64,000 bases of DNA. Origin: Nitrospirales bacterium (GTDB lineage Bacteria > Nitrospirota > Nitrospiria > Nitrospirales > UBA8639). Under the pieces are notes generated by a model that saw only the letters and a program-made list of their open reading frames with translations, did not search any database and had not been told where the DNA came from. Within the stretch, counting starts at the first letter, position 1. The number at the start of each line of letters is the position of its first letter. A program made the translations under genes and the position numbers. The stretch is taken from contig CBDBCZ010000019.1 in the NCBI GenBank assembly GCA_965203295.1, positions 1,184,001 through 1,248,000 of the forward strand. The letters are read 5' to 3'. Positions 40,624-50,671 of this stretch are shown piece after piece.

Positions 40624-42314
40624 TTAGTCTGTTTCATTCTTCGTTGACCCCGCGCTTTGGATGGTAATTGTAAATATTTTTTTGAGTGCACTAAACGTAC
40701 ACGGCTTAGTATGAACGAGACCTTCGGGAAGTTTGGTGGTCTTATCCACGCAGGCTTCGTTGAGTTGAGTTTGGGTCAGGGTGGCTGCAAACAGGTTCGC
40801 TGCCCGTAGATCCACTTCCTTGAGTTTCGCCCCATGCAAGTTCGCATTGACCAAAAAGGCTTCTTCCGCTATCAGATATTGCAGGTTGGCTTCCTTACAA
40901 CTAGGCACCCCTTACAAGTCTAGGCAATTCCCCATCCCGGAACCAATTCGATGGTTTCGCGGACACATCCTGTTTATTGAAATTGGCAAAGGGCCGCATA
41001 CCGAGGGTGAACAAGAGTTCTGGGACGATGGTGTGGTGAATGGCAGAGGCGTCTTCAGCAGTCGGGATCTCGATCTTTAGATAACTGATCGCATTTCCCG
41101 CCTGTGGCTCCGTAATTGGCACGTCTCTTTGGGAGCGTGTTGCTACTCCATTGATGGCCCCATCAGACGCCACTACGGTGAAGAGCATCACCGCTAGGCC
41201 CAACAACGTCAACTTCCAGGAGCGTTGCCCGAGAGTCATCCATAGCTTCGTGGTCTTCCAATTGTTGGCTATGTTTAAGGAGAGTCGTTCCTGTCCCCGC
41301 AGTGTCTTCTTCGCCAATGCCTGTGACCAGCCGGCAAACACACAGGTCACCACAATGAGGAGAATGTGTACAGTCCTGACTTCCCAGTCATGTTTTGGGA
41401 GATACCGTAGCCAGAAAAACACGAACGTCAGCGGTACCACCCACCATGCTAGAAGAATAGATATGCCCACCATCAATCGAGATAATGGAGGACGGTTCTC
41501 GCGCAACAGGGTGAAATGCGGACGAACGAGAGAATTGAGAATCCAGGGATACACTTTTTCGTCTAAAGCTTTGCCGTCGGGGAATTTGGCTGGCAGGCTC
41601 GACAGTCCGTGCCAGAACCGTTGGAGGTAAAAGTGGAGCCACAGGTACAGGCTGAATAGGATTAGCGGGGCGGCCCAATAAAATCCAGCAATGGGGATTT
41701 TGGCTTGAATGATGGGCAAGGGGGGAGGAGCTAGAGTTAGTTAGCAGAGCGACATCCGTAGTGGTGGCGATAGTCAACCAGGCATAGACACAACCCAGTA
41801 GCATGGAGATGAACAGTTTGCCGGCTTTCTTGGAAATTTCTTCTACCTGAATCAGGCCATCAAACTGGGCGATGTCTTTCGGCAGTTTGGCACCAGAGAC
41901 GTTGGCACCAGCGAATTGGCTTGCTAAGAGGCCGGTCGCTTTAGAGAGATCTGCGTCCTGTAAATTCGCCTCGCGGAGAATGGCGTTGTTGAGAGTGGCC
42001 TTCTGAAGGTTGGCATAAAAAAGGAGCGCCCCCTGCAGGTTCGCGAAGGCGAGGTGGGTCTCCTGCAGGTTGGCCTCCCACAGGTCCGCCATCTGCATGT
42101 TGGCCGAATCTAGCAACAACTTCTGCAGGTTGCCCCAAGAAAGGTCAGCTCTCACCCCTTCCTTTTTATCTGATTCCACCCATTTTCGATTTTGCTCCAG
42201 AATTTCCTGTAATTCGTCTGGAGGGATATCTCGATACAGCGGAGCTTCGGTGAGTTCCGATTCCGATTGCTCGGATGGTGGACTATTTGTTTCAGGTTTG
42301 TCGGTCATGACCAT
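40624..42314 (-). pseudogene. Membrane protein with N- and C-terminal pentapeptide repeats, disrupted
   Basis: A(N/D)LXX repeats flank a multi-TM region. One extra base in the C6 run (G6 at 41720-41725). TAG plus frameshift at about 40895-40903. Confidence 0.8.
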
Positions 42315-42349
42315 TTACAGACGGAGTGCAGGTCTATGCTGCTTGGTTT

Positions 42350-43354
42350 TTAGACTCTCATCCATTGGTGAATTTTTTTTAAGACCGTTTCCGGCTGGAT
42401 ATAGCTTATACAATTCTGTGTGCATTGGTCTCGTCGGTAGCAACGCTGGCAGATGTCGCCTTCTCGCAGGACGGTGGAATATTTTCCTACTGGCCCGATA
42501 CGTACTTCATCTGTTGGCCCGAATAACGCGATCAGAGGGACATGGAGTGCGCTTGCCAGATGCATGGGGAAACTATCGCCTGTCAAGAGCAGACGCGATT
42601 TCTTCATCAATTCCGCAAATTCCAATAGCGTTAACTCTCCAGCGAGATTGACGACTAAGCGGCCATTGACCTGGGCAGTCAATCGATCAATGTCTTTTCT
42701 CCTATCAGGCAGCCCAGTGAGGACGATGAGAATATCCCTAGGTAAGCTGTTGATCACGGCTTGAAATTTATCGAGACCCCAGTTTTTTGTCTCCCATCGG
42801 GTAAACGGGCTGATGATCAGGATCTTTTTGTTGTCAGGATTAATACGCTTGAGCAAGTCATCAATCGTCTGTTCTTCCTCATTTGAAGTAAAAATCTCCA
42901 TTTCTGAATTTTTGACTTGGATACCCGCTATCTCTAGGACATGATCCATCTCTTTGATGGCATGAATCTCCGGCTTTTTGAAACGATTCAGAAATAACCA
43001 ACGACCTTTCACATATTTCCTTTTTGCTTTTGCCGCATAGAGATAAAAGACAGACTTCAGTCTGCCTTGAAGGTCAAAGGCTAGGTCGTAATGGGTACTC
43101 CGTATTTCTTTTAATAGAGCAAAGATATGACGAATGACCCAAGCAGGGTTTCTCTTCCAGTCACGTTTGACTCTGTCTTTTTCGAACACTAGAAGCGTAT
43201 CGATGTTTTTGTTATGCTTAAAAATCTCGTACGAAGGTTGGGCGGTTATCATGGTGATTGTGCTGTCAGGAAAGCTTTCCCTCAGTGTTCTGATGTGCCC
43301 CGTCGAATGAAGTACATCCCCAAGAGATGAGAGTTTTATCACCAGAATATTCAA
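42350..43354 (-). CDS. LPS heptosyltransferase (GT9, WaaC-like)
   Basis: NILVIKLSSLGDVLH, DLQGRLKS, TRWETKNW, TGDSFPMHLA, FGPTD. RBS AGGAG before TTG 43354. Confidence 0.85.
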   Translation of the reverse strand: MNILVIKLSSLGDVLHSTGHIRTLRESFPDSTITMITAQPSYEIFKHNKNIDTLLVFEKDRVKRDWKRNPAWVIRHIFALLKEIRSTHYDLAFDLQGRLKSVFYLYAAKAKRKYVKGRWLFLNRFKKPEIHAIKEMDHVLEIAGIQVKNSEMEIFTSNEEEQTIDDLLKRINPDNKKILIISPFTRWETKNWGLDKFQAVINSLPRDILIVLTGLPDRRKDIDRLTAQVNGRLVVNLAGELTLLEFAELMKKSRLLLTGDSFPMHLASALHVPLIALFGPTDEVRIGPVGKYSTVLREGDICQRCYRRDQCTQNCISYIQPETVLKKIHQWMRV

Positions 43355-43398
43355 ATCGATCGCACTCCTTTTAGACAAAACACTATATAATATTACGT

Positions 43399-43995
43399 AT
43401 GACCTCGCAAACGACGACATTTAATTTTTCCGAATTGCGTGCCTTGCAACTTCATGACGATCCCTATCGCTATGTAGTCCATGGCCCGAACGTGCTTGAT
43501 CCTGAGATGTTCGAGGTCCTTTGTAAGAATTTCCCTGTGACGAGCAAGGTTGGCCATAACGAAGTCAAAGATGTGACGATGTGTCAAGAATGGAAAGCGT
43601 TTATAGACGAAATTCATTCTTCGGCCTATCGAGAGGCCATGGAATCAATCACGGGTTTACAGCTTTCTTCCTTTGAAGTCGGTATTGGCATTCGACATCT
43701 CAGTAAACTCTCCCATGGCTCACCACATGCGGATGTTCCTCGGAAGAAAGTGACGCACCTTATTTATTTCAACGAGGAATGGCCGCACGAAACGGGTAGG
43801 CTGCGAGTCCTCTGTTCTAAAAACCTAGACGATGTCCACGAAACCATTACTCCGTTGAAAGGGACGGGCCTCATATTTGTCGTGAGCAAAAATTCATTTC
43901 ACGGCTTCGAGCCATTCGAAGGGGTTCGGAATGCCATCCAGATTAATTTTGAAGAAACGAGTTTCTTCAGCAAGATATTTTCTACGTACGAATAG
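43399..43995 (+). CDS. 2OG-Fe(II) oxygenase family protein
   Basis: HxD (PHADVPRKKVTHLIYFN), distal His (SFHGF), R in GVRNAIQIN. Confidence 0.8.
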   Translation: MTSQTTTFNFSELRALQLHDDPYRYVVHGPNVLDPEMFEVLCKNFPVTSKVGHNEVKDVTMCQEWKAFIDEIHSSAYREAMESITGLQLSSFEVGIGIRHLSKLSHGSPHADVPRKKVTHLIYFNEEWPHETGRLRVLCSKNLDDVHETITPLKGTGLIFVVSKNSFHGFEPFEGVRNAIQINFEETSFFSKIFSTYE

Positions 43996-44206
43996 ACTCC
44001 TCGCGACATTTCTTGATTAAGTTTTCCCCTCCATTAGCTATCTTCTTACAGTTGACAGGGTACTAAAACTCGGGCCAGTGAAAACGCGCTGAGCGCGTGA
44101 GCTTACTTTTGACCAAAGGTTTGTCCATATTTTTCAGGGTAGCTCAGATTCATGAGCCTAAAGCGTTCTTACTAGCGAAGTGAGCAGACTGTGAGAGAAG
44201 ATTATC

Positions 44207-44986
44207 TCAGGATCGCGCAGACTGTTTTCTGGCTAATTCCCAGAACTTTGCGTATTTAATGAAGGTATAATAGGCGTATAAACCCGAAAGGATAAAGCCC
44301 GGCATTCCATCCAAAAATCCGGCGCGAAACAGGTACATCTTGAGAAACGTAAAACTGGGGTGTGTGAGTAATTGGTGTATCCGAAACCGCCGCCCCTGGT
44401 CGAGCATTCGCTGAGCCATCAGATCCGTGTAGCGGTCCATTTTCCCTAGATAATGTTTAAGATCCCTAAAGGGGAACTGAAGCACATGTTCTTTTAAATA
44501 GCCGATTCGACCGTTAAGTTCGAACCCTTCATGGACGAGATGGTCACGGTACTGCATCCGATCTTTTCGGAAGAACTGAGGTTGGCGGTAATCCGGATAC
44601 CACCCGCAATGACGAATCCATTGGTCAAGGAAATAGTTTTGCCTGGGAACAAAATAGGCGTCTGCTTGTGGCCCTTCCTGTAGAGTTCGCCGTATTTCCT
44701 GTTGAATCTCAGGAGTCGTTCGTTCATCCGTGTCCAGACTGAAAATCCAGTTATAAGAGGCATGGGATAAGGCTTCATTGCGGAGCCGTCCAAACCCTTT
44801 AAATTCATGCTGAAAGACTTTGTCGGTAAACTCTCTGGCAATTTTTGCGGTGGCATCGGTACTGAATGAGTCGACGACAATCAATTCATCCACCCAATCC
44901 AATGATTCCAGGCAAGGCCTCATGTAGGGTTCATCATTGTATGCGATCACAACCGCAGAAATTTTTGGAGTTTCGATAGGAACCAT
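44207..44986 (-). CDS. Glycosyltransferase family 2 (KdtX/LgtF-like; close paralog of 21994..22758)
   Basis: VVIAYNDEP, DELIVVDSFSTD, WIFSLDTDER, HCGWYPDYRQPQFF. Confidence 0.88.
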   Translation of the reverse strand: MVPIETPKISAVVIAYNDEPYMRPCLESLDWVDELIVVDSFSTDATAKIAREFTDKVFQHEFKGFGRLRNEALSHASYNWIFSLDTDERTTPEIQQEIRRTLQEGPQADAYFVPRQNYFLDQWIRHCGWYPDYRQPQFFRKDRMQYRDHLVHEGFELNGRIGYLKEHVLQFPFRDLKHYLGKMDRYTDLMAQRMLDQGRRFRIHQLLTHPSFTFLKMYLFRAGFLDGMPGFILSGLYAYYTFIKYAKFWELARKQSARS

Positions 44987-45237
44987 TATCTCTCTCTCAT
45001 TCTCGCAAAAACTCTATTTTAACTGCTTGCACTCAAACCTACTACCAGTCTTCTTTGACTCTTGGACCACTCAAGACGTTTTGGAAACACAATACTGTCT
45101 ATCGCGTCTAGACTTATGCAGCGAGTGCAAAGACGGATCAAAATCTCTTAATTGACACTTTGGTTAGTTTACTTTTGGGGAGGGTTGTTTAGGCAAGTTC
45201 CTAGACGAACCTATGGGAGTAGAAGCACCAAAACGAA

Positions 45238-45453
45238 TCAAGCGTTTCCTTGAGGCGAGTCCGGAGAACTAGACGATTCCGATTTTTCTTGAAATTCTTT
45301 GACCAGTTGGGCGAGATTTTCAACTTTTTTGTAGTGGGGATGATCAGGAGGAAGCGGATTGCCATCCTCATCGGTTAAAAGGTCCTGCATCCCTTCAAAA
45401 AGAGCATCCATTTCAGGTAGGGGGCCTTGGGGTTGTTTAAATTTTCCCATCAT
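45238..45453 (-). CDS. Small hypothetical protein
   Basis: 71 aa ORF with strong RBS GGAGGA. Confidence 0.55.
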   Translation of the reverse strand: MMGKFKQPQGPLPEMDALFEGMQDLLTDEDGNPLPPDHPHYKKVENLAQLVKEFQEKSESSSSPDSPQGNA

Positions 45454-45585
45454 GTCCTCCAGAAGTCATAGGCCAATAGAATGTGAGAAAAGAGGATTCT
45501 TTCCTAAAAGCTTTCAACTTTAACAAGTACTCATGGGATGGAGCAAGCGACATGTCAAGGAAATAAAGAAGACAAGGTTAACTGC

Positions 45586-46224
45586 TTACCCTTTTTTGTG
45601 GTTTTGAAGGATCCTTTTAATGAGCGTACGAAGGTTATCGGTATTTAAGTATTCTACTCTGATATTGCCATTCAACACCACGGTTGGGGTGTGTTTCACG
45701 CCAATCCGTTCTCCCCATGCTATGCCTTTTTCAAGTTGTTGGTAAGGTTTCCCGGTTGCCATCCCTTCTTCAAACTCTTGGACATCGAGGCCGATTTCTC
45801 GAATCAATACGGACCGCATGCTTTTGTCAAAGACATGGATATTCTCTTTGTGGATAGTTTTGAACAAGACGTGTTTCATGGCTGGGCCTTTTCCCATCGC
45901 CTTCGCTTGTTCATACATTTCAAAGGCCGTTGGGAGTTTTCCCGGCATGACGGGGAATCCAATCAATTGAACCTCGAGTTGATCCCCAAATTCTTTTTTC
46001 AATTTGGAGACCACCACTTTTTCAAACATATGGCAATGAGGACAGTAAAAATCAGCAAATTCGAGGAGGAGGACCTTCCCTGGTTCACCAAGAGACGGTT
46101 CTTTCTCCATTTTTTGATATTTGCCGGGAAGATCGTTCGTGGCTGCCTTGGTGTGTAACTCGAGATTGATCATCAATGCACAAAAAACTCCTATCACTAG
46201 ACCGATTGCCTTCATGCCTCTCAT
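45586..46224 (-). CDS. DsbA-family thiol:disulfide oxidoreductase
   Basis: Signal/TM segment, EFADFYCPHC, GVKHTPTVVLNG. Confidence 0.85.
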   Translation of the reverse strand: MRGMKAIGLVIGVFCALMINLELHTKAATNDLPGKYQKMEKEPSLGEPGKVLLLEFADFYCPHCHMFEKVVVSKLKKEFGDQLEVQLIGFPVMPGKLPTAFEMYEQAKAMGKGPAMKHVLFKTIHKENIHVFDKSMRSVLIREIGLDVQEFEEGMATGKPYQQLEKGIAWGERIGVKHTPTVVLNGNIRVEYLNTDNLRTLIKRILQNHKKG

Positions 46225-46576
46225 AATTACCCCTTCTTGTGATCGTTGCGCCTTGCTGTGTTGCAGAATAGTGAAAAATCTTTCATGCAGGTGTGGTCGT
46301 GGCTTATTAAAGACTCAACTTACTGTACTGTTCCCTTTAACAGTTTAAGTTTTTAACGAATCTTGGTAGGTATTATACTCTGTCGATGTCTTTCAATGAA
46401 GGGTCGATTGGCACAAAATCCAGGTGTAACCTTTACAAAGGATAGGTTTCTGCATCATAAATCGTTTTCGCTATTGAATTTTCGTGTAAGGTCGTTTATT
46501 TGAGACAGGCAGGCTCACATTGATTTCGTAACATCCTAGTTGGATGAGCGAATTGTTGCGTTGAGGGGAGGTATCA

Positions 46577-46897
46577 ATGAAGGTAGTCAGTTTGGCCGAT
46601 TTCCAGGAGTTTTCCAGCGAAAAATTGAAAAAGCACAATTTATTCCAGACCCCTAAGTTTTTCTGTGATGTCTATTGTTTTGAGCCGGGCCAAACACAAA
46701 AGGGGCATGTTCATGCCGATCAAGACAAAGTGTATTTAGTATTGGAGGGGGAAGGTACGTTTCAGGTCGGAACGCAAGAGCAAGTTCTGGGACCTGGGCA
46801 CGGAACCCTTGCTGCGGCAGGGGAGGAACACGGAGTCATGAATCACTCAGATGCACGACTCCGTGTGTTGGTGTTTATGGCCCCTAATCCCGAGTGA
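46577..46897 (+). CDS. Cupin domain protein
   Basis: GHVHADQDKVYLVLEGEG, GEEHGVMN. RBS GGAGG. Confidence 0.85.
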   Translation: MKVVSLADFQEFSSEKLKKHNLFQTPKFFCDVYCFEPGQTQKGHVHADQDKVYLVLEGEGTFQVGTQEQVLGPGHGTLAAAGEEHGVMNHSDARLRVLVFMAPNPE

Positions 46898-46925
46898 ACG
46901 GGAAACGAACAGAGGTTTAAGAAAC

Positions 46926-47945
46926 TTAATTTGTCGTGGCGAGACTCTTAAAAATCATGGGGTCATCTTCTCCCGACACCGATAAGATTCCCACTGCTCC
47001 CTTGGCGACACGAAAGATGCTGTGATCCAACAGCAAATAATCCCCCGCGACATCAGCTTTGAATTCCACGATGGTCGTACCAGCTGAAGGTACCAATGTG
47101 GTTTGAACATTATGGTTCACGAGACCACCAATGGCCCCTTCTACGTATACAGTATCAAAAATTTCCCCGATGATATGAAACGATGACGCATAATTTGGTC
47201 CAATATTACCAAAAAAGACGCGAACCGTTTCTCCTGTCTTTGCTTGTAACACGTTCTCACCTGTTAACGCTCCTGGTTTCCCATTGAGCACGACAAAATC
47301 CGGATGTTCAGCAAGTCCCTTCTCCATCGATAACTCCAGCACATTTGGGTCTTTGCTCGCTTTGGTAAAAAATTCGCTCTGAAGGACATAGAATTCTTTG
47401 TCTACTCGGGGAAGGCCATTCTGTGGCTCGACGAGGACCATGCCGTACATCCCATTGGCAATATGAGCCGGAATATTCGGGACTGTTGACGCACAATGAT
47501 ACATATACAGCCCGGGATTGAGGGTTTTAAATGAGAAGGCGGCTCCCTTGCCAGGGCCGCTCAGATTCACCGCTGCTCCTCCTCCCGGTCCATTGACAGC
47601 ATGGAGATCAATATTGTGCGGAAATGTGTTGCCAGCGTGATTTTTTAAGTGTAATTCAACAGTATCTCCTACGCGAACTCGAATCATAGGGCCTGGCACC
47701 GTTCCGTTGAAGCTCCAGAATTTGTACTGTTTTCCATCAGCAAACTCACCTTGATATTCCTTGGCCTCTAAGTTCACTACGACATGTGCGGGAGCAGAAC
47801 GAGTAATGGGGGGAGGGACTTTCGGGGCTGTGGTGAGTTGTGCATTGATTTTTTCACCCATTGCCCAGGTTGAGCTGAGGATCAAACCAAAGCTCATGAG
47901 TACGAAAAACACACTTAACAGGGAAAAAAATCTGAGATGTCGCAT
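46926..47945 (-). CDS. nirK: Copper-containing nitrite reductase
   Basis: Signal peptide, FNGTVPGPMIRV, PHNIDLHAV, YHCAS..HIANGMYG, SSFHIIGEIFD, LDHS. Confidence 0.95.
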   Translation of the reverse strand: MRHLRFFSLLSVFFVLMSFGLILSSTWAMGEKINAQLTTAPKVPPPITRSAPAHVVVNLEAKEYQGEFADGKQYKFWSFNGTVPGPMIRVRVGDTVELHLKNHAGNTFPHNIDLHAVNGPGGGAAVNLSGPGKGAAFSFKTLNPGLYMYHCASTVPNIPAHIANGMYGMVLVEPQNGLPRVDKEFYVLQSEFFTKASKDPNVLELSMEKGLAEHPDFVVLNGKPGALTGENVLQAKTGETVRVFFGNIGPNYASSFHIIGEIFDTVYVEGAIGGLVNHNVQTTLVPSAGTTIVEFKADVAGDYLLLDHSIFRVAKGAVGILSVSGEDDPMIFKSLATTN

Positions 47946-48004
47946 GTTGTAAAAGGCTCCTTTTTACTTAAAAAGATCTATAAAAGGCCTAATATTTCAG
48001 TGAC

Positions 48005-48046
48005 ATAATATGAAGTCCTGAATGAGAAAAACATGATCTATATCAT
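48005..48046 (-). promoter_or_regulatory. FNR/DNR-type box and -10 element upstream of nirK
   Basis: ATGAT-CTAT-ATCAT at 48033-48046 (FNR consensus TTGAT-N4-ATCAA). TATTAT at 48010-48005 on the minus strand, consistent with class II (-41.5) geometry. Confidence 0.7.
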
Positions 48047-48061
48047 ATTTTCTTGATTTTT

Positions 48062-48773
48062 TCATGTAGGGCCACTAGTGGGACACTCCGATATGTGGGC
48101 GAGTCTTGAAATTTTGCATAAATCCGTGAGAATGAGACGTTTGGCTGTGCCTACAATCAACCCCTGTTGCTTAAGCCGACTCATGATGGGTAGCAGTTTC
48201 AACCGTCAGTCCTGCCATATCTGCGAGGTCCTTACGAGTCAGGCGTATCGTGAGACGAATGCCCTCTGCTTCCTGTACCCCGGCTTTATCGGCCAGATTG
48301 ACTATAATAGAGGCGATGCGCTGTTCTGCTCGGTCAAAGGCAAATGCCTTTGCATGCTCTTGGGCTTCCCTCAGTCGATGACCCAAATAGGAAATCACCT
48401 GAATAGCAGCCTCCGGATTCCTGCGAAGGATGTCATAATACGCCTGTTTTTTGATCTTTAAAATTCTGGCGTGATCCATGACCTTTGCACATCCAGGATG
48501 GGGGGAGCCATCAAATACTGCAGCCTCGCAACAGAACAGATCACCAGGCATAAGGAATTTTAACGTGACATCTCGTCCATCAGGTGAAGATTTGACGCAT
48601 TTGACGGTTCCTTCTTTCACGATATGAAACCATTCAGTCGGATCTCCTTCCCGGAAGACGTACTCTCCTTTGGCATAATCGGACTCGATTAGGTTACTGG
48701 CCAGTTCCTGTTGGAATGAATCAGGGAGGTCGTTAAAAAAAGGAAGGGAACGAAGAGGGTCCTTTTCGGACAT
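48062..48773 (-). pseudogene. Crp/Fnr-family transcriptional regulator, frameshifted in the HTH
   Basis: cNMP-fold (FREGDP, GDLFCCE), HTH LTRKDLADMAGLTVETA. The continuation IMSRLKQQGLI..KRLILTD is in another frame from about 48188, with a stop at 48062. Confidence 0.82.
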
Positions 48774-48778
48774 GTGGG

Positions 48779-50671
48779 CTATAGCAGTTGTCTGACAGTT
48801 TCGATAATTGCGCGGGAACTGATTCCATATCGGTCCAAAAGTTCCGCGGACTTTCCACTATGAGGGATTTCTCGAATAGCCAGCTTCTTAATACGCACTT
48901 CTTCGGAGGCCAAAGCATTGAGGACGGCATCGCCAAGTCCACCGTGGGCGTAATGGTCTTCAACGGTCAACACTCGACGGTTTGTTGCCATGGCGCAGTC
49001 CCGAAGAGTCTTTTGATCAATGGGGACGATACTGTACAAGTCGATCACTCGAACGGAAATCCCCTCTGAGTTCAATTGTTCATAGGATTTGAGAACTTCA
49101 AAAAGGGTCACGCCGGCTGAGATGATCGTCAGTTTGTCCTCCTGACTTTGTCGCAACACTTTACATCCCCCGATTGGAAATGCCTCGTTGGCATCATACA
49201 AGACGGGAGTTTTTGGACGACTCGTCCTCATGTACACCATACCCTTATGGTTCGCCATCTCGTTAACAAGGTGATGAGTGGACACGGCGTCGGAAGGGTA
49301 GAGGACCACGGCACCAGGCTGTGATGCCATCATGGCGATATCCTCAAGGCCCATTTGAGAAGGGCCATCTTCACCAATACTCACACCCGCGTGGGATCCC
49401 ATCATTTTAATATTGGACTGACTAATGGCTGCCATCCTGATGAAATCGTAAGCTCGTGTCAAAAAACACGCAAAGGTAGCCGCAAACGGAATCTTCCCAC
49501 AGGCTGCCAAACCAGCGGCAGCCCCAATCATATTTTGTTCAGCAATGAAATTTTCAAAAAATCGATCGGAGAACTTTTGAGCAAATTTCTCCGTAAACGT
49601 AGAATTTTTCACATCGGCATCCAACGCGACGACTGTAGGATTCACTTCCCCTAAAAGAGCCAGGGCTGACCCAAATGCCTCTCGTGTGGCGACAGAGTCA
49701 TTTTTCGAATAAGTCGGGAGGGGTAATCGAGCCGTTCGAGCTACACTCTCATCAACATATGGCGGCGAGGGAATTGTGAGTTCGGCGGTAGAGGGAGTGA
49801 GTTGCGTGGTGAGTGTTGCAATCGCATCCTCTGCTTGTTGTGCACTGAGGGGTTTCCCATGCCCATTCAGTCGGTCTTCAAAATCAGGAAGACCACTTCC
49901 CTTCAATGTCTTGGCCAGTAACACCGTTGGGGCTCCTTTGTGCAATGTGGCTTCTTCAAAGGCTTTTAACAATGCGGCATGGTCATGACCGTCCACCACG
50001 AGGGTGTGCCACCCAAACCCCTTCCAACGCGCTTGATACAGATCGAGGTTATGTCCCAAGCTCGTGGGATCAGATTGCCCTAGCCGGTTAATGTCGATAA
50101 TGGCACAAAGATTATCGAGTTGGTTGTATCTGGCAATTTCTGCAGCTTCCCAAACTGATCCTTCTAGAGATTCGCCATCTCCTAGGAGAACGTAGACCCG
50201 ATATCCCGCTTGGTCTAAACATTTGGCATTAAGCGCAATGCCGACTCCGGCACACAAGCCTTGACCTAACGAACCTGTAGCAACATCGACAAACGATAAT
50301 CGTGGAGTCGGATGGCCTTCCAGATCAGAAGTCAATGTCCGCAATTGAAGAAGGTCAGACTTGGGGAACAACCCTGCTTCAGCCCAAGCTGCATAAAGAA
50401 GAGGAGCCGCATGACCTTTGGATAAGACAAATCGATCATTGCCGGAATGTTTGGGATTCGTGGGGTCAAACCGCATCACTCCAAAAAATAACGTGGCCAT
50501 GATATCCGCCGCGGAACAACAACTTGTTGGATGCCCACTTCCAGCTTTCGTGGTTGCACGTATACTTTCAATTCGGAGATGAAGACTTTTATTCTTGATC
50601 GCGGGAATAAGAGGAGAAGATTTCACAGTCGGCTCGGTGACTTGCTTCATCGTAGCTGGTTGAGGATTCAT
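48779..50671 (-). CDS. tkt: Transketolase (single-chain)
   Basis: GSGHPTSCCSAA, DRFVLSKGHAAP, ATGSLGQG, GDGESLEG (TPP motif), GEDGPSQM, VEDHY. Confidence 0.94.
   Translation of the reverse strand: MNPQPATMKQVTEPTVKSSPLIPAIKNKSLHLRIESIRATTKAGSGHPTSCCSAADIMATLFFGVMRFDPTNPKHSGNDRFVLSKGHAAPLLYAAWAEAGLFPKSDLLQLRTLTSDLEGHPTPRLSFVDVATGSLGQGLCAGVGIALNAKCLDQAGYRVYVLLGDGESLEGSVWEAAEIARYNQLDNLCAIIDINRLGQSDPTSLGHNLDLYQARWKGFGWHTLVVDGHDHAALLKAFEEATLHKGAPTVLLAKTLKGSGLPDFEDRLNGHGKPLSAQQAEDAIATLTTQLTPSTAELTIPSPPYVDESVARTARLPLPTYSKNDSVATREAFGSALALLGEVNPTVVALDADVKNSTFTEKFAQKFSDRFFENFIAEQNMIGAAAGLAACGKIPFAATFACFLTRAYDFIRMAAISQSNIKMMGSHAGVSIGEDGPSQMGLEDIAMMASQPGAVVLYPSDAVSTHHLVNEMANHKGMVYMRTSRPKTPVLYDANEAFPIGGCKVLRQSQEDKLTIISAGVTLFEVLKSYEQLNSEGISVRVIDLYSIVPIDQKTLRDCAMATNRRVLTVEDHYAHGGLGDAVLNALASEEVRIKKLAIREIPHSGKSAELLDRYGISSRAIIETVRQLL

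Noticed and set aside
41940..42135. Periodic CTGCAGGTT-like repeats resembling an array
   Set aside because: They are the codons of pentapeptide A(N/D)LQ repeats with a 15/30-bp period and no unique spacers. Not CRISPR.
42070..42651. 193-aa plus-strand ORF
   Set aside because: Antisense to the GT9 and pentapeptide genes, with no motifs.
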